Shown piece after piece: positions 49,601 to 62,130 of a DNA stretch of 64,000 nucleotides. The stretch spans positions 26,997 through 90,996 of the forward strand of contig CAWHKI010000160.1 in NCBI GenBank assembly GCA_963829765.1, in the 5' to 3' direction. The number at the start of each line of letters is the position of its first letter. Positions within the stretch are counted from its first letter, which is position 1. The notes beneath the pieces are model-generated. The model worked only from the letters and a program-made list of their open reading frames with translations, did no database searches and was not told where the DNA came from. This DNA is from an uncultured Isosphaeraceae bacterium (GTDB lineage: Bacteria > Planctomycetota > Planctomycetia > Isosphaerales > Isosphaeraceae). The translations under genes were made by a program, and so were the position numbers.

Positions 49601-52600
49601 AAGGATTTCGGCGAAAACTGGACCCAGATCCAACTTGACGGTCTGCCGCCGATCCTTTCCGAGGCCGACTTCAAGGAGGCCATCCCGGTTCAGCCTGGCG
49701 ATGTAAATGCCCAAGCCGTCGGTGGGATAACTCCATACGCGATCACCGACGCTGGCCCAGACGGGGTGGGCTTTGGCAATGTTGATCTTGCCCTGACCGT
49801 TGACCCGCAAAACCCCAACATTACCTATCTGGGCGGCTTCGGCGGAAACTCTTACAACAGTGACACCGGGCTGATCCGCGTCGACGCCACCAACCTCCAG
49901 GACGACGAATCCCTGATCGGCGTTCTCTACGATTCCCAGGGGAATTTAACGCTTAAGACGGCCGCCTGGACCACGATCGACACCGTCACTGATGGAGTAC
50001 CATTCTTCCTGAGCGAGACAGGTAACTTCGAGTCGGCCAATTTTCTGAATTTCGAGAGCGACCCCAACGCGCCATTTCAGGTGGATTCAACCCTGACGGT
50101 GGAAAATGTTGCCTCATTCAGTAACTCAGGTGACGGCGCCACGTGGACCCCGTTTGACGTGCCCACAACCAGTGAGTTCAATCCTCCGGGCGAATTCACC
50201 GGTACAATGACGGTCGGATCGGCGGTGGTCACGGGTATCAGTAGCACAACGGGCCTGGAAGCCGGCGATTCGGTGACCGGCGCTGGCCTCCCGGCTGGTA
50301 CATTTATCGAAAGCATTAACAGTTCAACCTCCGTCACGCTCTCGGCGGCCTCCACGGTAAATGGCGTCGAGGGCCTCAATAACGAGATCTCCGGAACGGG
50401 TTACCAGACTCTCGTCGCAGAGGTCGATCCCGCGACCGGGCTGACGCGGTTGATCGCCGGCAACCTCACCGGCATCTACAGCGGACTGGACAACAACGGG
50501 ACGTTCGAGGCGACCATTGGGACTTCGACCCCAACGCCCGGCGTTAATCGCAACGGGAACCTCGATCTCGCCCAGGTTTATTACGGCGCGGTCCAGCCCA
50601 GTAGCGCGGCCGCCCAGGTCGCCGGGGCCTTGTTCTACGCCGGCGCAGAAAACATCGGTGGACAGGCGTCAGACCCCAATTTGATCACTGACGGCAATCT
50701 CCAGTGGAGTTCCCTCGAGGAGGGCGGTACGTTTCTCAACGCCTCCGGCACCGCGGTTGACCAGCAGGGTAACGGTACTCTCTTCCAGTACTGGTCGCCA
50801 GGTCAAGGTGGCGAAGCGCTCGACTCGTATACCGCCTTCGTCCAGGTCAACGGCGTCGGCCGGACGTATGGGTTGCTCCAGGCTAGCAATGGCGGCTCCG
50901 TCCCCGACCCGCAATGGGGGGGACGAGCTACGCCAATATCGTCGTCAACCCGGTCGACAGCGATGATGATCTCGTCAGCTCGACCACTGGTAACATCTTC
51001 GAGACCACGAACCAGGGCGAGACCTGGTTCGACATTGGTAAGCCTGCGACTTTCGGGAGCCCCGGCAGCACGAGTTTCGCTCTGGCTTTCGGAGCGCCCG
51101 ACCCGAGTGCTCCTTCAGGGGTAGGCAACCTCGGCGAATTCATTTATGTCGGTACCGCTACCGGCGAGATTTACGTCTCTCAAAATGCTGGCGGCAACTG
51201 GACGAATATCTCCGCCGGCTTGCCCACCGGCACGGCTGCGACGGCGGTTCAAGAGATCATCACGGATCCCAACCGCGGTAGCCACGACGCCTACGCCGTC
51301 ACCGCGAACGGCGTCTACTACATGGCCAATTCTACGAGTTCGACTGCGACCTGGGTCAACATCACCAGCGGCCTCAGTCAACTGGCCTATTCCATCTTCG
51401 GCCAGAGCTATGCCCCCGCGACCGACCCCAACACCCTTCCGTATGACCTGGGCGTTGTTCTGAATTCGATCGCAGCCAATTGGAACTATGCGATCCCTAA
51501 TAATCCCAGCGATCTTGCTGACGGATATCACCCAGTCCTCTATGTCGCCGCCGACTCGGGCGTATACATGTCGACCACCAACGGTGTGGCGACTGCGACC
51601 AGCCCGGCCTGGACTTTCTTCCCCGACACGACATTCGGCGCGTTGACCGAGGGAGGGAATCTGCCTCATGTCGACGTCACCGACCTGAGCCTTTCACAGG
51701 GTAACATCGCCACCGCCAGCGGGATGCCTGCTCTGGCTGGCCCGTACCAGACTCTGACTTTTTCAGGTGCCCTGACGAGCGGATCAGCGACCGTAACGGG
51801 CGTGGTCGATATCAACGTCTTGACGGTTGGCGACTTCGTTGCCGGGACTGGCATTCCCTCGGGAACGACGATACATGCGATTGGTTTCGAATTCCATCAC
51901 GCTTTCGGCAGATGCAACGACGACGGGCGAGCAGAGCCTTAGTGCGGCCAATCCCACGGCCACCCCGGACCCCGATCTGCTGCTGGCCTCGACCTACGGC
52001 GAGGGCGAATTCGCCATCAATCTGGCACCGATGCTGTTTCCCTCCACGGTGGGGCTCGACAAGACCGATAACGGGGGGACCGAAGCCGACGGAAGCACGA
52101 TCGTCACAACCGCAACACCCACCATCGACGGCGAAAGCGAGACCTCCGGCTTTGGAAGTACAACGTGGGTGTCGATTGTCGACGAGACTCCCGGCGACTC
52201 GACCTATGGGCAAATCATCGGCGGCTTCAACCCACAGACGTACGACGATGGCCAGTCGATCGTTCCCAACTCAGGCAATTCGACCGACTCCCTGGGTAAC
52301 TTCGCCATCACAATTGGTACTGGCGTATTTACGTCGAACGGTCTGAAGACACTCGAGATCTACACAACCGACGACGCGGGGGCGGTGAGTAATAAAGTTA
52401 CGGACTCGTTCACACTCAATGTGTCGGGGATCTCGTCGCCCACGACACCAACGGCGCCCACGACACCAACGTTGAGTTTGGACACCAGTACCCCGGGATA
52501 CACGAACAATCTTGCGCCGGAACTCATTGGCACAACGACCGCCGGCGCGACAGTTGATTTGTATGCGGTCGGAGGGACGACCGTGCTGGGCACGGCAACC

Positions 52601-55049
52601 GCCGATTCCAATGGTAACTTTGCGATCACGAATTTCACGGGCCAATCGGGCCAGACGTATACGCTGGAAGCAACGGCGACGAACAGCATCGGCACGAGCG
52701 GTGACAGCAATGAAGTTACCTTTACGATCCTCACTGCGATACCTGCCGCACCGAGTAGTTTCCATCTTGATCCGGCGACCGACACGGGGATTATCGGCGA
52801 CGGTGTAACCAGCGATCGCACACCGATCTTCATCGGTACGACCGAGCCCGGCGAGACGGTCAACTTGTACGAGGTCGGCAGTAGCACGATCTGGGATGCC
52901 AACGTGGCATCCACGTCCACTCTGCTGACCGGCAGTGTGCTCACAAGTGGATCGGCAGCCGTCTCGGATATCACAAGCACGACCGGGCTATTCGCCGGGG
53001 AAATCGTAACTGGTACCGGCATTCCCGCTGGGACGACGATTCAAACCATCGACAGCGCGACCTCTATCACGCTGTCGGCGAACGCGACGACCTCTGGCCC
53101 GGCGAGCCTGGCCGCGACGAGTTTCTCTGTTCAGTTGCCGTTCTCGTTGACCAACGGCACGCTTTCTCTCTACGTTCAGGCTGTCGATCCTGCGGGCAAC
53201 GTGTCTCCTGGCAGCAACACGCTGACCGTTACGATAGTCTCCATCGCAGCCGACTACAACGGTGACAGCTATTCCGATGCTGCCCTCTACAGCCGCAGCG
53301 CGATCAGCTTCACCGGCACGCTAACCAGCGGATCGCCACTGCTCACAGGCCTGAGCAGTCTGACCGGCCTGGTTACCGGAGCGACGATTACAGGTACTGG
53401 CATTCCCTCCGGGACGTCAATCGCAGCCGTCAACGCTGCCAGTTTCACGGGTACACTGGCGGCTGGCTCATCCCTTGTCACGAGTCTCACCGGTACAACT
53501 GGACTTTTTGCCGGGGAGAACATCACTGGCACAGGCATACCGTCTGGTACGACGATCGAAGCTGTCAATGGCTCGACTTCTATCACACTGTCGGCTAAAG
53601 CGACGGCCAGTGGCGTTCAGAGCCTTACTCGAACCACTATTACACTGTCGGCATACGCGACGGTCACCGGCACAAAAAGCCTGACGGCAAACTCGGGGCA
53701 ATGGCTTGTTGAACCAACTTCGGTTGGACCGGCGAATCCCCCTGCTTTGTGGTTGACGAGTGGCACGGCCTTCGGCCCGTCCGACGTCACACCGTTCCAG
53801 GGCGACTTCGATGGGGATGGTCTTACCGATTTGGCGTACTACGCGTCCAGCACCGCCACCTGGTATATCGAGAACTCTCAGAACAAGACCATCACGACCT
53901 TTACGCTGGGTGCGGCGAATTCAAGCGTTCCCGTGGTGGGTTATTTCAATGCGAACGGGCCCGAACAGGTGGCTGTTTTCACCATCGTCAATGGTCAGGG
54001 TGTCTGGAACATCGCCAATGGTCAGACCGTCACGTTCGGTCAGACGGGCGACATCCCGGTTCCAGGCGATTACACCGGTGTCGGGTATGACGAGCTGGCA
54101 GTCTATCAGCCTGCCACGCCGGCGACACCACCGGAGTTCCTGGTACTGGTTCCCGGGCCGAACAATACCTCGAGTGTCAAGACGATCGTGGTCCCCAGCA
54201 GCACTCCAGACCTCACCAGTCTTGTTCCCGTGCCAGGGGCATACGATAACCAGTATTATTTCGACAACAACGAACCCGAGGTAACGGAGGCCGCGGTATT
54301 CGACCCGACGACGGGGACTTACACAATCCTCGGGCCCAGTACCACTAATGACCCCAGCGGGGTCTACACAGTGACGTTCGATCCCGGCGACATTCCGGCG
54401 CCTGCCGATTACCTGGGTAACGGGTCAGTCCAGCCAGCAGTGTTCCGCCCCAGTAACGGGAATTTCTACGAGATGATTGGGGGTACACAAACGGTCATTG
54501 CCTCGTTCGGTGCCGGGGCATCTGCTGATATCCCCCTGACTGCTCCGCTGTCGTACCGTACGCCGCAGACTACGGATCCACTATCAAGTGGTGGTGGAAC
54601 GGGGACGGGACGGCACCGGAACCGGAACGGGAACAACTGGAACGGGGACAACGGGAACTGGCACCGGAACAACGGGAACTGGCACCGGAACAACGGGAAC
54701 TGGCACCGGATCTTCGTCATCGGGGCAAGGTTCGTCTGGGTCGTTGAACACATCGCCGTCGGGTTCAACAACACCATCTGGGACTTCAACTCCGACTATC
54801 ACCAGCAGCGGTCACAAACACAAGGTGGTGAAGAAGAAGGCCCACCCGAAGAAGCTGACTGGGCACGCGAAGCAGAAGAAGGTCGACCATTCTGTGATCA
54901 AGAAAGCTCACGTTGTGAACAAGGCGGGCAAGAAGATTATCAAGGTTTCGACTTCGCACACCGCTCTGGCCCAAAAACCAGCCCATCTTGTCGATTTGGC
55001 CCTGGAAGGTGTGCACGTCAATCTTCGCCGTTCGGGGAAGAAAGCCTGA
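46675..55049 (+). CDS. giant secreted surface protein, 5'-truncated and with many frame breaks: proprotein-convertase P-domains, BNR/sortilin-like propeller, Ig-like domains, FG-GAP/VCBS repeats, TG-rich linker, Lys-rich tail
   Basis: The frame opens right after TAG at 46672-46674, in mid P-domain (NGNCTLTIVDEAANNTNGTLKAWSINI). Further P-domain ends are GTWMLTITNTATGTTGTLSGWTLTFQKP. BNR-type signatures are YVGGASGGIWKTTD and GEIYVSQNAGGNWTNI. Ig-like signatures are TTAGATVDLYAVGG...ATADSNGNFAI. FG-GAP-like signatures are GDFDGDGLTDLAYY and VPGDYTGVGYDELAVY. The C-terminus is taken from ORF 54588..55049. Confidence 0.7.
54597..54710 (+). repeat. in-gene tandem repeat, 21-nt period (ggaacaacgggaactggcacc x3 plus degenerate flanks) encoding (T/G)n
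   Basis: Read directly. It translates to TGTGTTGTGTTGTGTGTTG in the frame of ORF 54588..55049. Confidence 0.8.
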
Positions 55050-55561
55050 AAAGCTGCGACTTGGTTTGAAGATGAATCCCCTCGACAAGGTCGTTGGCCT
55101 CCTCGTCGCGAAACGCGGCGAGGAGGTCATTTTGTTACACGTTGTGCGCTGGAAGTGGCGAAGTAAGATGACCTTGCTTGCGCCCCCTAGAACAAGCGGA
55201 ACAGGGCGGGCACGCTCAAGGATAAGCTTCTCAGCACATGTTGGCGGCGTCGAGAAAGCGCAACAGCGCCCCTGGCAAGAAACTGAGTCGCTGGTTTACG
55301 TCTGATAATGGAGATTATGTTGCAATCTTTACGTCACCAGCAATTTGGTTGAGCGTAACGTCGAGACCAATGCCTACGTCGAGAGGCGGACGCCTCTCAA
55401 TATGGCGGTAGGTCGCACAATTCCTACAACCTGGCCGTACGAGAGAATCCTGGCCGTGCATCCAGGCACCTGCAAAACCCATTGAGGGGTTTGCTGGTTT
55501 TGTAGCGTCACATATCCGATTCATACTCGCGAATTGGGAAGAAATGACCGGGATAATCTGC

Positions 55562-55927
55562 TCAGGAGTTGCTCGAGTCGGGGTAGCGCTTTTGAAGATC
55601 GTTAAGAAAGCGGTTGATCTGCTGCATTCCCTCTCGGTGTACCCTGGGATGAGCTCGTTCCAGCCACGATTCTAATCGGCCGAACGCTTTGGGCCAGAGC
55701 ACGAGTCCTCCAGCAATAATGGCCGGCGTTCCGGGTCCGGGCAGAACGAAGCCAACAATGCCAGCGGTGATGAGCATGACGCCCAACTCTTTGGGAAGAT
55801 CCTTGATCCGGTCAATGTCCGTTGTCTCGGGACGGGATCGATCATCATTTAAGGCGTCGCTCTCTTGCCGATCGCCAGCGGCCGGGCCACAGCGGTCCTG
55901 ATCGGGATCGAAGGATGTCTGTTCCAT
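55562..55927 (-). CDS. small two-TM membrane protein with PGPG turn (PGPGW-like)
   Basis: From MEQTSFDPDQ. LGVMLITAGIVGFVLPGPGTPAIIAGGLVLWP. The start lies 7 nt downstream of the preceding gene's stop. Confidence 0.45.
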   Translation of the reverse strand: MEQTSFDPDQDRCGPAAGDRQESDALNDDRSRPETTDIDRIKDLPKELGVMLITAGIVGFVLPGPGTPAIIAGGLVLWPKAFGRLESWLERAHPRVHREGMQQINRFLNDLQKRYPDSSNS

Positions 55928-55934
55928 AATATCC

Positions 55935-58476
55935 TCAATCCTTTTTACTGAGCTTCGTCTGAATCGTCGTTTTTCGTTCGCTGGCATGTCGCGTCCGCGA
56001 CGACCTGGCAATCTGGTGCTCGAGGCTTCGAATGGACGCATTAGTCCGCGCATAGACGCAGTACGTGCCAAGGTTGGTTACCACGACCGATGCGAGCGAC
56101 GTGAAGCCCCAGACAAAGGCCCCGGCAATGCAAGCGAGATTGGGAATCAGTGCATAACCATGGGCAACCCGAAGCCGACGCCTGTGGAGGGTTGCGATAT
56201 CCCAAAGTTCGGCCAGTTTGGTCATTCGGGGTTGAAGCACGCAGATTGGTGCAGAAAGGTGATCCAGATCATCCATTTCACTTCCGACCAGGGAAATGGC
56301 CACGTGTACCTCGGCCATCACTCGAGGATCGATTTCGCAAGCACCGACGTACGCGACCTTGAAGCCACGATTGCGGCAGTTCCGGAGAAAGCCAACACGC
56401 TCGTCCGTTGATGGGCAGTGAACATGAAAGTCAACGCCCAGCGATGCCTTCAGCAAGTCTCGGGTCGGCTGCGACTGTTCCGAGAGGATTCCCACCTGAA
56501 GGCTTCGCTTGGAACGCAACCGGCGCAACGTCGTTACTGCTTCCAGCCTGTTTGAGCGGCGGAAATGAATCAAGCCCGCGACTTGCCCATTGATGCCGAC
56601 CATGAGTGAATCGGGTGTATCCAGGTCGGTCCGATAATGGCTGGCCTCGTCGTCCGATTGGGGGCTCAAGTCATCTTGGGCGCGTCTGCCTAGATCACCA
56701 ACCTTGATGCGATTGTTCTCGTGCAACAAAGTCAAATCTGTCACGAACTCGATCGGCTGAAGGTCAAGGATCGCAATCATTCGCTCACGGCACGCCCTGG
56801 CCAATGCGATAGCGCGTTCGTCATCTAAATCGTGAAAGGCAGTTGCGGCATAGCAAAGCAACCCGTTCTCGAAATAGCCTGGGAAGACCTCTACGGTAGC
56901 GACTTCCAGTTCAGTGTGTTCGAGCGCGGCGTGATGTTCGAGGATCAGAACGTCAGCCGTGGCGAGTCGTTCAATCGCCTCGGGTTCCCGGATCAGGATG
57001 CCGTGACGGAGGGATAGAGCTATGGCCTGGAGAGTTTCGAGTGGAAACGCGACTCCTGGACCAGTCGCGTAGTCAGGACGAAGGATGGCACCGGCTGTCG
57101 AAATGTCACCAATGAGTAGCCCGAGCCCGGCGATAGCCATGGTCGGTGCCACGGTCTGCTCGGCGAACTCTTCGCCGTGCAGCGTGGGAGTTCGCGAGCC
57201 ATGTGGTGAAGTGGTTACCTCAAGCATGACCTGGGCCAGCTTGGCGACCTGGGTCTCCGATCCGTGTCGGAGTACTTCGATCGTTAACTCGCCAAGCTGA
57301 ATGGTCGAACCAGCGAAAACCTCGTCGTCGGGCTGTTTGCGAGAAATGCCGTGGATACCTCTGATCATCCGCTCGTCGACTAGGCCTCGTCCCTGGAGAA
57401 TCCGGCCGTCTGCGGGGATCTGTTCTCCGGCCGAAACCACGATCACGTCGTTCGTCTTGAGATCCTCAATCGGTACTTCAAGGTGGATACCATCCGTCGT
57501 TGATGCCGCGAGTCTGATATAGTGCGGCTGATGGATGATCTGACGTAAAAGCCTGCTCTGTGCGCTGGCCAGGTTATCATGGTACCGCCTTGACCAAAAC
57601 GTGAGCATCCAGCTCATTGCCGCCGATGCGATGAATTGTCCACTGGCCAGTGTCACTGCCACGATGCTCGTATACAGAACGGGCAGCCCGAATTGCCCTC
57701 GAAAAAGCTGCCGTCCAGCGGCGCAAACGTATGCAGATTCGAGCCTACGAGCAGGACAGCCGAGGCTGGCAGCAAGATCGGAGCTACTATCTCGCCAGCG
57801 ACCGCCAGTGCCAGGGATGAGTTGGCTAGCCCAAAACGAGCCTTCTTCGGGCTGGGAGGTGTCTGCTCCGGCGATGCAGGTGCTACTTCGCGCGTGGTCG
57901 AGTATTCGCAGAAGAGAAGCACGCGCTGGTCAAGTCGGGATCAAAGCGAATGAGCACACTCCCGGTGACCGGCCAGACTGCGCATTCAATGACGCCAGCG
58001 AGATTCTCTACAACCGCCTGCAGTCGATTCGCCAGTGTCACATCGCGGTAAATTGTCTCGTGACGAAGGCGAATTCTCCCGGGACGGTCGTGAATGATAT
58101 CCCAGGTGGTGAGTACTGCGCCAAACCGCTGGATTTTGACCCGGCCAGTGGCAAGCGTGAGATCTCGCTTCACGTACTTCAATGTCGCATCGGCTTGCCT
58201 GGGGAGTGGACCACGAAGGGCTGCCGCCAGGCGCTGTAGAAATTCAGCCAGGCCAAAACGGCTAGCGTCAAAGTGAATACTGGTGGTGGCCAGGTTACGG
58301 TCAACTTCGACCCGGGCAACTTCACTCAACGTGAAAACATGACGGAGAAAATAAAGGCACCGATCGCCAAGACATTCTCCGAAGAGGTCATTGTCGCGCA
58401 GTCGAAGTACGCCGTCTGTCCAGGAGAGCTCAACACGCGAGGATGAACCGAGTTTTTCAATGTGGCGGTTGGTCAT
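55935..58476 (-). CDS. catalytically degenerate P-type ATPase paralog (2 frame breaks ~57660 and ~57900)
   Basis: Colinear with the 59022..61678 protein: N-terminal double domain, HMA-like WDIIHDRPGRIRLRHETIYRDVTLANRLQAVVENLAGV...VLIRFD, A-domain and TM helices. However, DKTGT reads LILEHHAAL, TGES reads MIRGIHG, and GDGINDS reads VGACEIDPRV. Confidence 0.7.
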
Positions 58477-58528
58477 TGGAACTTGCTACATGGGCCCTAG
58501 TAAAGTCCAGGGTGGCTCTCGTATGCCA

Positions 58529-58723
58529 TCAGGGAGTGTAGGGCTTGAGTTGCCCGCTCTCTACCATGGCCTCCAGCATTGTGGCGATCTCGCTTTCTTC
58601 CCGATCGAATACATTGAAAATCTGCCGCAGTTTATGCCGTTGCTTTTCAACCTCATAGCCAAAATACAAGAGCCCCAGGGCGCCAACGATGATCGGCAAG
58701 ATCGGGATTTCTTCGGTATTCAT
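58529..58723 (-). CDS. small single-TM protein
   Basis: 64 aa: MNTEEIPILPIIVGALGLLYFGY followed by a charged helix. Tightly packed within the operon. Confidence 0.45.
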   Translation of the reverse strand: MNTEEIPILPIIVGALGLLYFGYEVEKQRHKLRQIFNVFDREESEIATMLEAMVESGQLKPYTP

Positions 58724-58735
58724 GGAACCTCCTGA

Positions 58736-59047
58736 TTATAGATTCAAGTCGTTGGCGACACTTTCAATAAATCGGACAGCGTGGCGCCGGTTCTCGTCGG
58801 TGGCGAACATCTTGGCAGCGAGCGAAAGCTCAGCGTCGACGATCATGCGATCGTGGGTGAAATTCACGACAAATGCAATTCCCCTGGCGCGGATGGTGAA
58901 CTCCGGTCTTGCCGCGTGCCAGGATAGTTCCGCGGGCACAGGAATCTGGTCTCTGCGCCGGTGAAACTCAGAATGAATAATCGCCTTCGTCTGGTCATCA
59001 ATCGGGCGTTTTAGAGCTCGCTCATACAGCTTTTCTTTCCAGCGCAT
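58736..59047 (-). CDS. small protein resembling the polyhydroxyalkanoic-acid-system (PHA_gran_rgn) family
   Basis: 103 aa. ELSWHAARPEFTIRARGIAFVVNFTHDRMIVDAELSLAAKMF...IESVANDL follows the W-x-F-x-G...v-v-v-L pattern of that family. The assignment is from memory only. Confidence 0.4.
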   Translation of the reverse strand: MRWKEKLYERALKRPIDDQTKAIIHSEFHRRRDQIPVPAELSWHAARPEFTIRARGIAFVVNFTHDRMIVDAELSLAAKMFATDENRRHAVRFIESVANDLNL

Positions 59048-61678
59048 ACGATTGCCTCAATTCTTGCTGGTGGCGTTTTTCGGCTTCAATCTGAGCGATC
59101 TTGCGCAAGGGGAGCATGCCATTGCCCAGGGCCGCGAGCGCGGCGACATTGTTGGTGACGACCGATGCCATGATCCCGAATCCCATCGTGAACACGCCGG
59201 CGATGCACGCGATATTGGGGGCCAGAATCAGTCGCCAGCTTCGCCGGACGTTGTGGTCGAGATCACGAGAGATGTCGCGCAGGTCGCAGAGCTTGGACAG
59301 CCCTTCCTCGAGAAACACGATGTGGGCCGTGTCGGTGGCGATCGATGATGCTCCCCGCAGCGAGATCGACACGTTGGCCTGCTTGAGTGCGATCGAATCG
59401 TTGATCCCGTCGCCCACGAAGCAGACCTTGCGGCCTTCTTTCTGAAGCGCGATCACATGGTCGGCCTTGTCGGCGGGCAAGACCTGTGCAAAGTAGCGGT
59501 CCATTCCCAGCGACTCGGCCAGCTTGCGGGTAGGGGCCTCATGATCGCCCGAGATGATGGCGATGTGCTTGATGCCGCGGTCGCGCAACCCCTGGACGAT
59601 CTGACGGACCTCGGGCCTGACCGCGGCGTGCAGCTCGAGCGCTCCCCCTAACCGGCCGTCGACCGACACCATCACCATCGTATGGCCTTCCAGGTGCGAT
59701 TGTTCGAGCGCGGTCGCGACTTCGGGGGTGATCTCCACTCCCTCCAGGTCCATGAACCGTTTGCTGCCAACGCGGATGGTGTGCCCCTCGACTCCGACCG
59801 TGATGCCATAGCCGACCTTGTACTGCGTGTCGTCCGTCGGCGGTAGCTCAAGCCCCAGCTCCTGGGCCTTGTGGAGGATCGCCAGCGCGATCGGGTGATG
59901 AAACTTGCGTTCCGCCGCCGCCGCGAACTGGAGGATCCGCTCGGGGGCAAAACCATGACTGGCGATCATCCGGCCCACCTCGGGCCGCTCGCGAGTCAGT
60001 GTGCCGGTCTTGTCGAACAAGACGGTGTCGACCTCGTTCATCAATTCGAGCGCTCGCCCATCCTTGACCAGGATGCCCTTGTTGGCGCAGAGAGCCAGCG
60101 ACGAGAGCATGGCCAGGGCGCGGCCATGCGAATCCCGGTGCCGAAATCGCTGTTGAGCACCGCGACCGCCCCCGCGGGCCCCATCGCCGCCAGGCCCACC
60201 GCTCCCACCGCCAGCGTCGGGATCACGGCCTTGTCGGCCAGCCGTTCGCCCTTGTGCTGCGAGCTCAGCTTGTAGCCGGCGGTATCGTTGAGAATCTGAC
60301 TGATCTTGGCTGACGCCGTCTCGTTGCCCGATTTTTCGACCTGGACCAGGATCTTGCCGGCCACCATCAAGGTCGCGGCAAACACCCGGTCGCCCACACC
60401 TTTCTCCGCCGGAGTCGACTCTCCGGTCAGGGCGTGCTGATCGATCATGGCCATGCCCTGGGCGATGATCCCGTCGACCGGAACGACCTCGCCGGTGTTG
60501 ACCACGATCACATCCAGCGGCTGGAGCTGATCGAGCGAAATCTGAACCTCGGCGCCGTCGCGGTAGAGCCAGACGTAGCGAGGCTGCTTGCCAAAGGCGT
60601 TTAAGAGCAGCTTCTTGGAATCATCCTGCGTTTTCTTGACCAGAACCCGGCCGAAGCCAAGGCACCAGCACAGGACCGTTCCGGGGAAAATCGACATGGT
60701 CCCGAGGCAGCCGATCACGACGATGGCGTCGAGCACATCGACCCCCAGCCGCCTCTCGTCGACGAGAACCTCGCGTGCCGCCTTGAAGGTGGGAATCGAG
60801 GTGTAGGCAAACAGCACCGCCGCGGCGGGCAAGAACGCCGGTGCCGCGAACTGGGCCATGGCCGCCACGGGAACCGAGGCCGTGCATAACGGCAGGTGCA
60901 GGTCCAGCTTGTCTTTCTGGGCGGGGTTCTCGGCGTGTGCCAGCGCCGATTCCAGGATCTCGATAATCTGGTCTTTACTGAGCTGTTTGCGATCGTACTG
61001 GACCAGGACCGTGCTCGTGAGCGAATTGGTCTTGAAATAGTCGATTCCCAGGACGCCCATGAGCTCGCGTTCGATGGCCTGGCAAAGCTCGGCCTTGCGG
61101 TGGATGACCGGGTTCTTGAGCCGCAGTCGTCCGGGCAGCTCGTGCCGGATTTCCCAGTGAGTGACGATCGTGCCATTGCGGAAATAGCGAATCTCGCCTC
61201 TGGCATCACGGACCGGGGTGACCGACGTGATGGAAACGCCAGGCGGCTCGAGCGGTTTCGCGGGTGCCAGGGCCGCGCCGTTCTTGACGGCGGACCCATT
61301 GGTGTGCGGGGAATACCCATGGCCATTGCCATTGGAGCCGGCATGGCCGTTCGTGCCGTGAGACGAAGCCCTGCGGGGACTCAGCGAGTCTCGGATACGC
61401 TCGACGACTTGCTGAAGCGTGTACGTCCGCGGACAGAACCCGAGCTCCGCGCGGGGAATCTCGCTGGAGTCGGCCGAACTGCGGATCGTGACATGAGTGA
61501 TCTCGGGCGCCTGAAAGACACGCTCGACGAATTGCCGGCAATTCGGTTCACCAGGCTCCCCAAACAAATAGCGGCTCTCCAGGTGAATTCGTCCCTGGGC
61601 TGGAAACCGGATGGCAAGGTCCATGGGTGCTCGTTGTCTCGTACTCGGTGAAGGACTTGTCTGGGTGATAGATGTCAA
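59022..61678 (-). CDS. P-type ATPase, P1B-like architecture but without CPx motif (one frame break ~60100)
   Basis: TGES (HALTGESTPAEK), DKTGTLT (VLFDKTGTLTRE), GDGINDS and HMA-like WEIRHELPGRLRLKNPVIHRKAELCQAIERELMGVLGI...VLVQYD without CxxC. The position aligned to CPC reads NSDFGTGIRMAAP. Confidence 0.85.
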
Positions 61679-62130
61679 TCAAATCAAATCGGGGCAGTCT
61701 GTTTGAGCGGATTTGGAGGCGCAAAACACTGAGGGAAGAAGGTCGAATCGAACCACTTTTTGAATACGAATCAGCAGGAATGAAGGGAACGTACAAAAAG
61801 TAACTTTCGCAGGGACCATTCAAAGTGGTTTTTGGGGCCGGTAGAGCGAAAATTTTGAAGTCCGCACCCCATGCTGCCTCGACGTTCAACCAACACATAA
61901 AGTTAAACTGGGAAATATAGGCTGTCAAGAATAAACTGGTGGTGATTAGGTCCTTAGTGCAATTGTCTCCCTTGAGTCATACTATTTTTCTGTATATTAT
62001 ATATGGTTGGAGTCATGGTGGCAAGTTAATGCGTACGGTGCTGAGTCAATCATGGCTGTTTGCAGAGCTCATTTTCTCGTCACACGCGCGTTGATAGGCG
62101 AAAGGAACTCATCGATTCAACTGGTCGCGT

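Noticed and set aside
55315-55524. ORF 55315..55524 - (69 aa) in the spacer after the giant gene.
   Set aside because: It is isolated, with no RBS-like sequence or recognisable features, so it is left unannotated.
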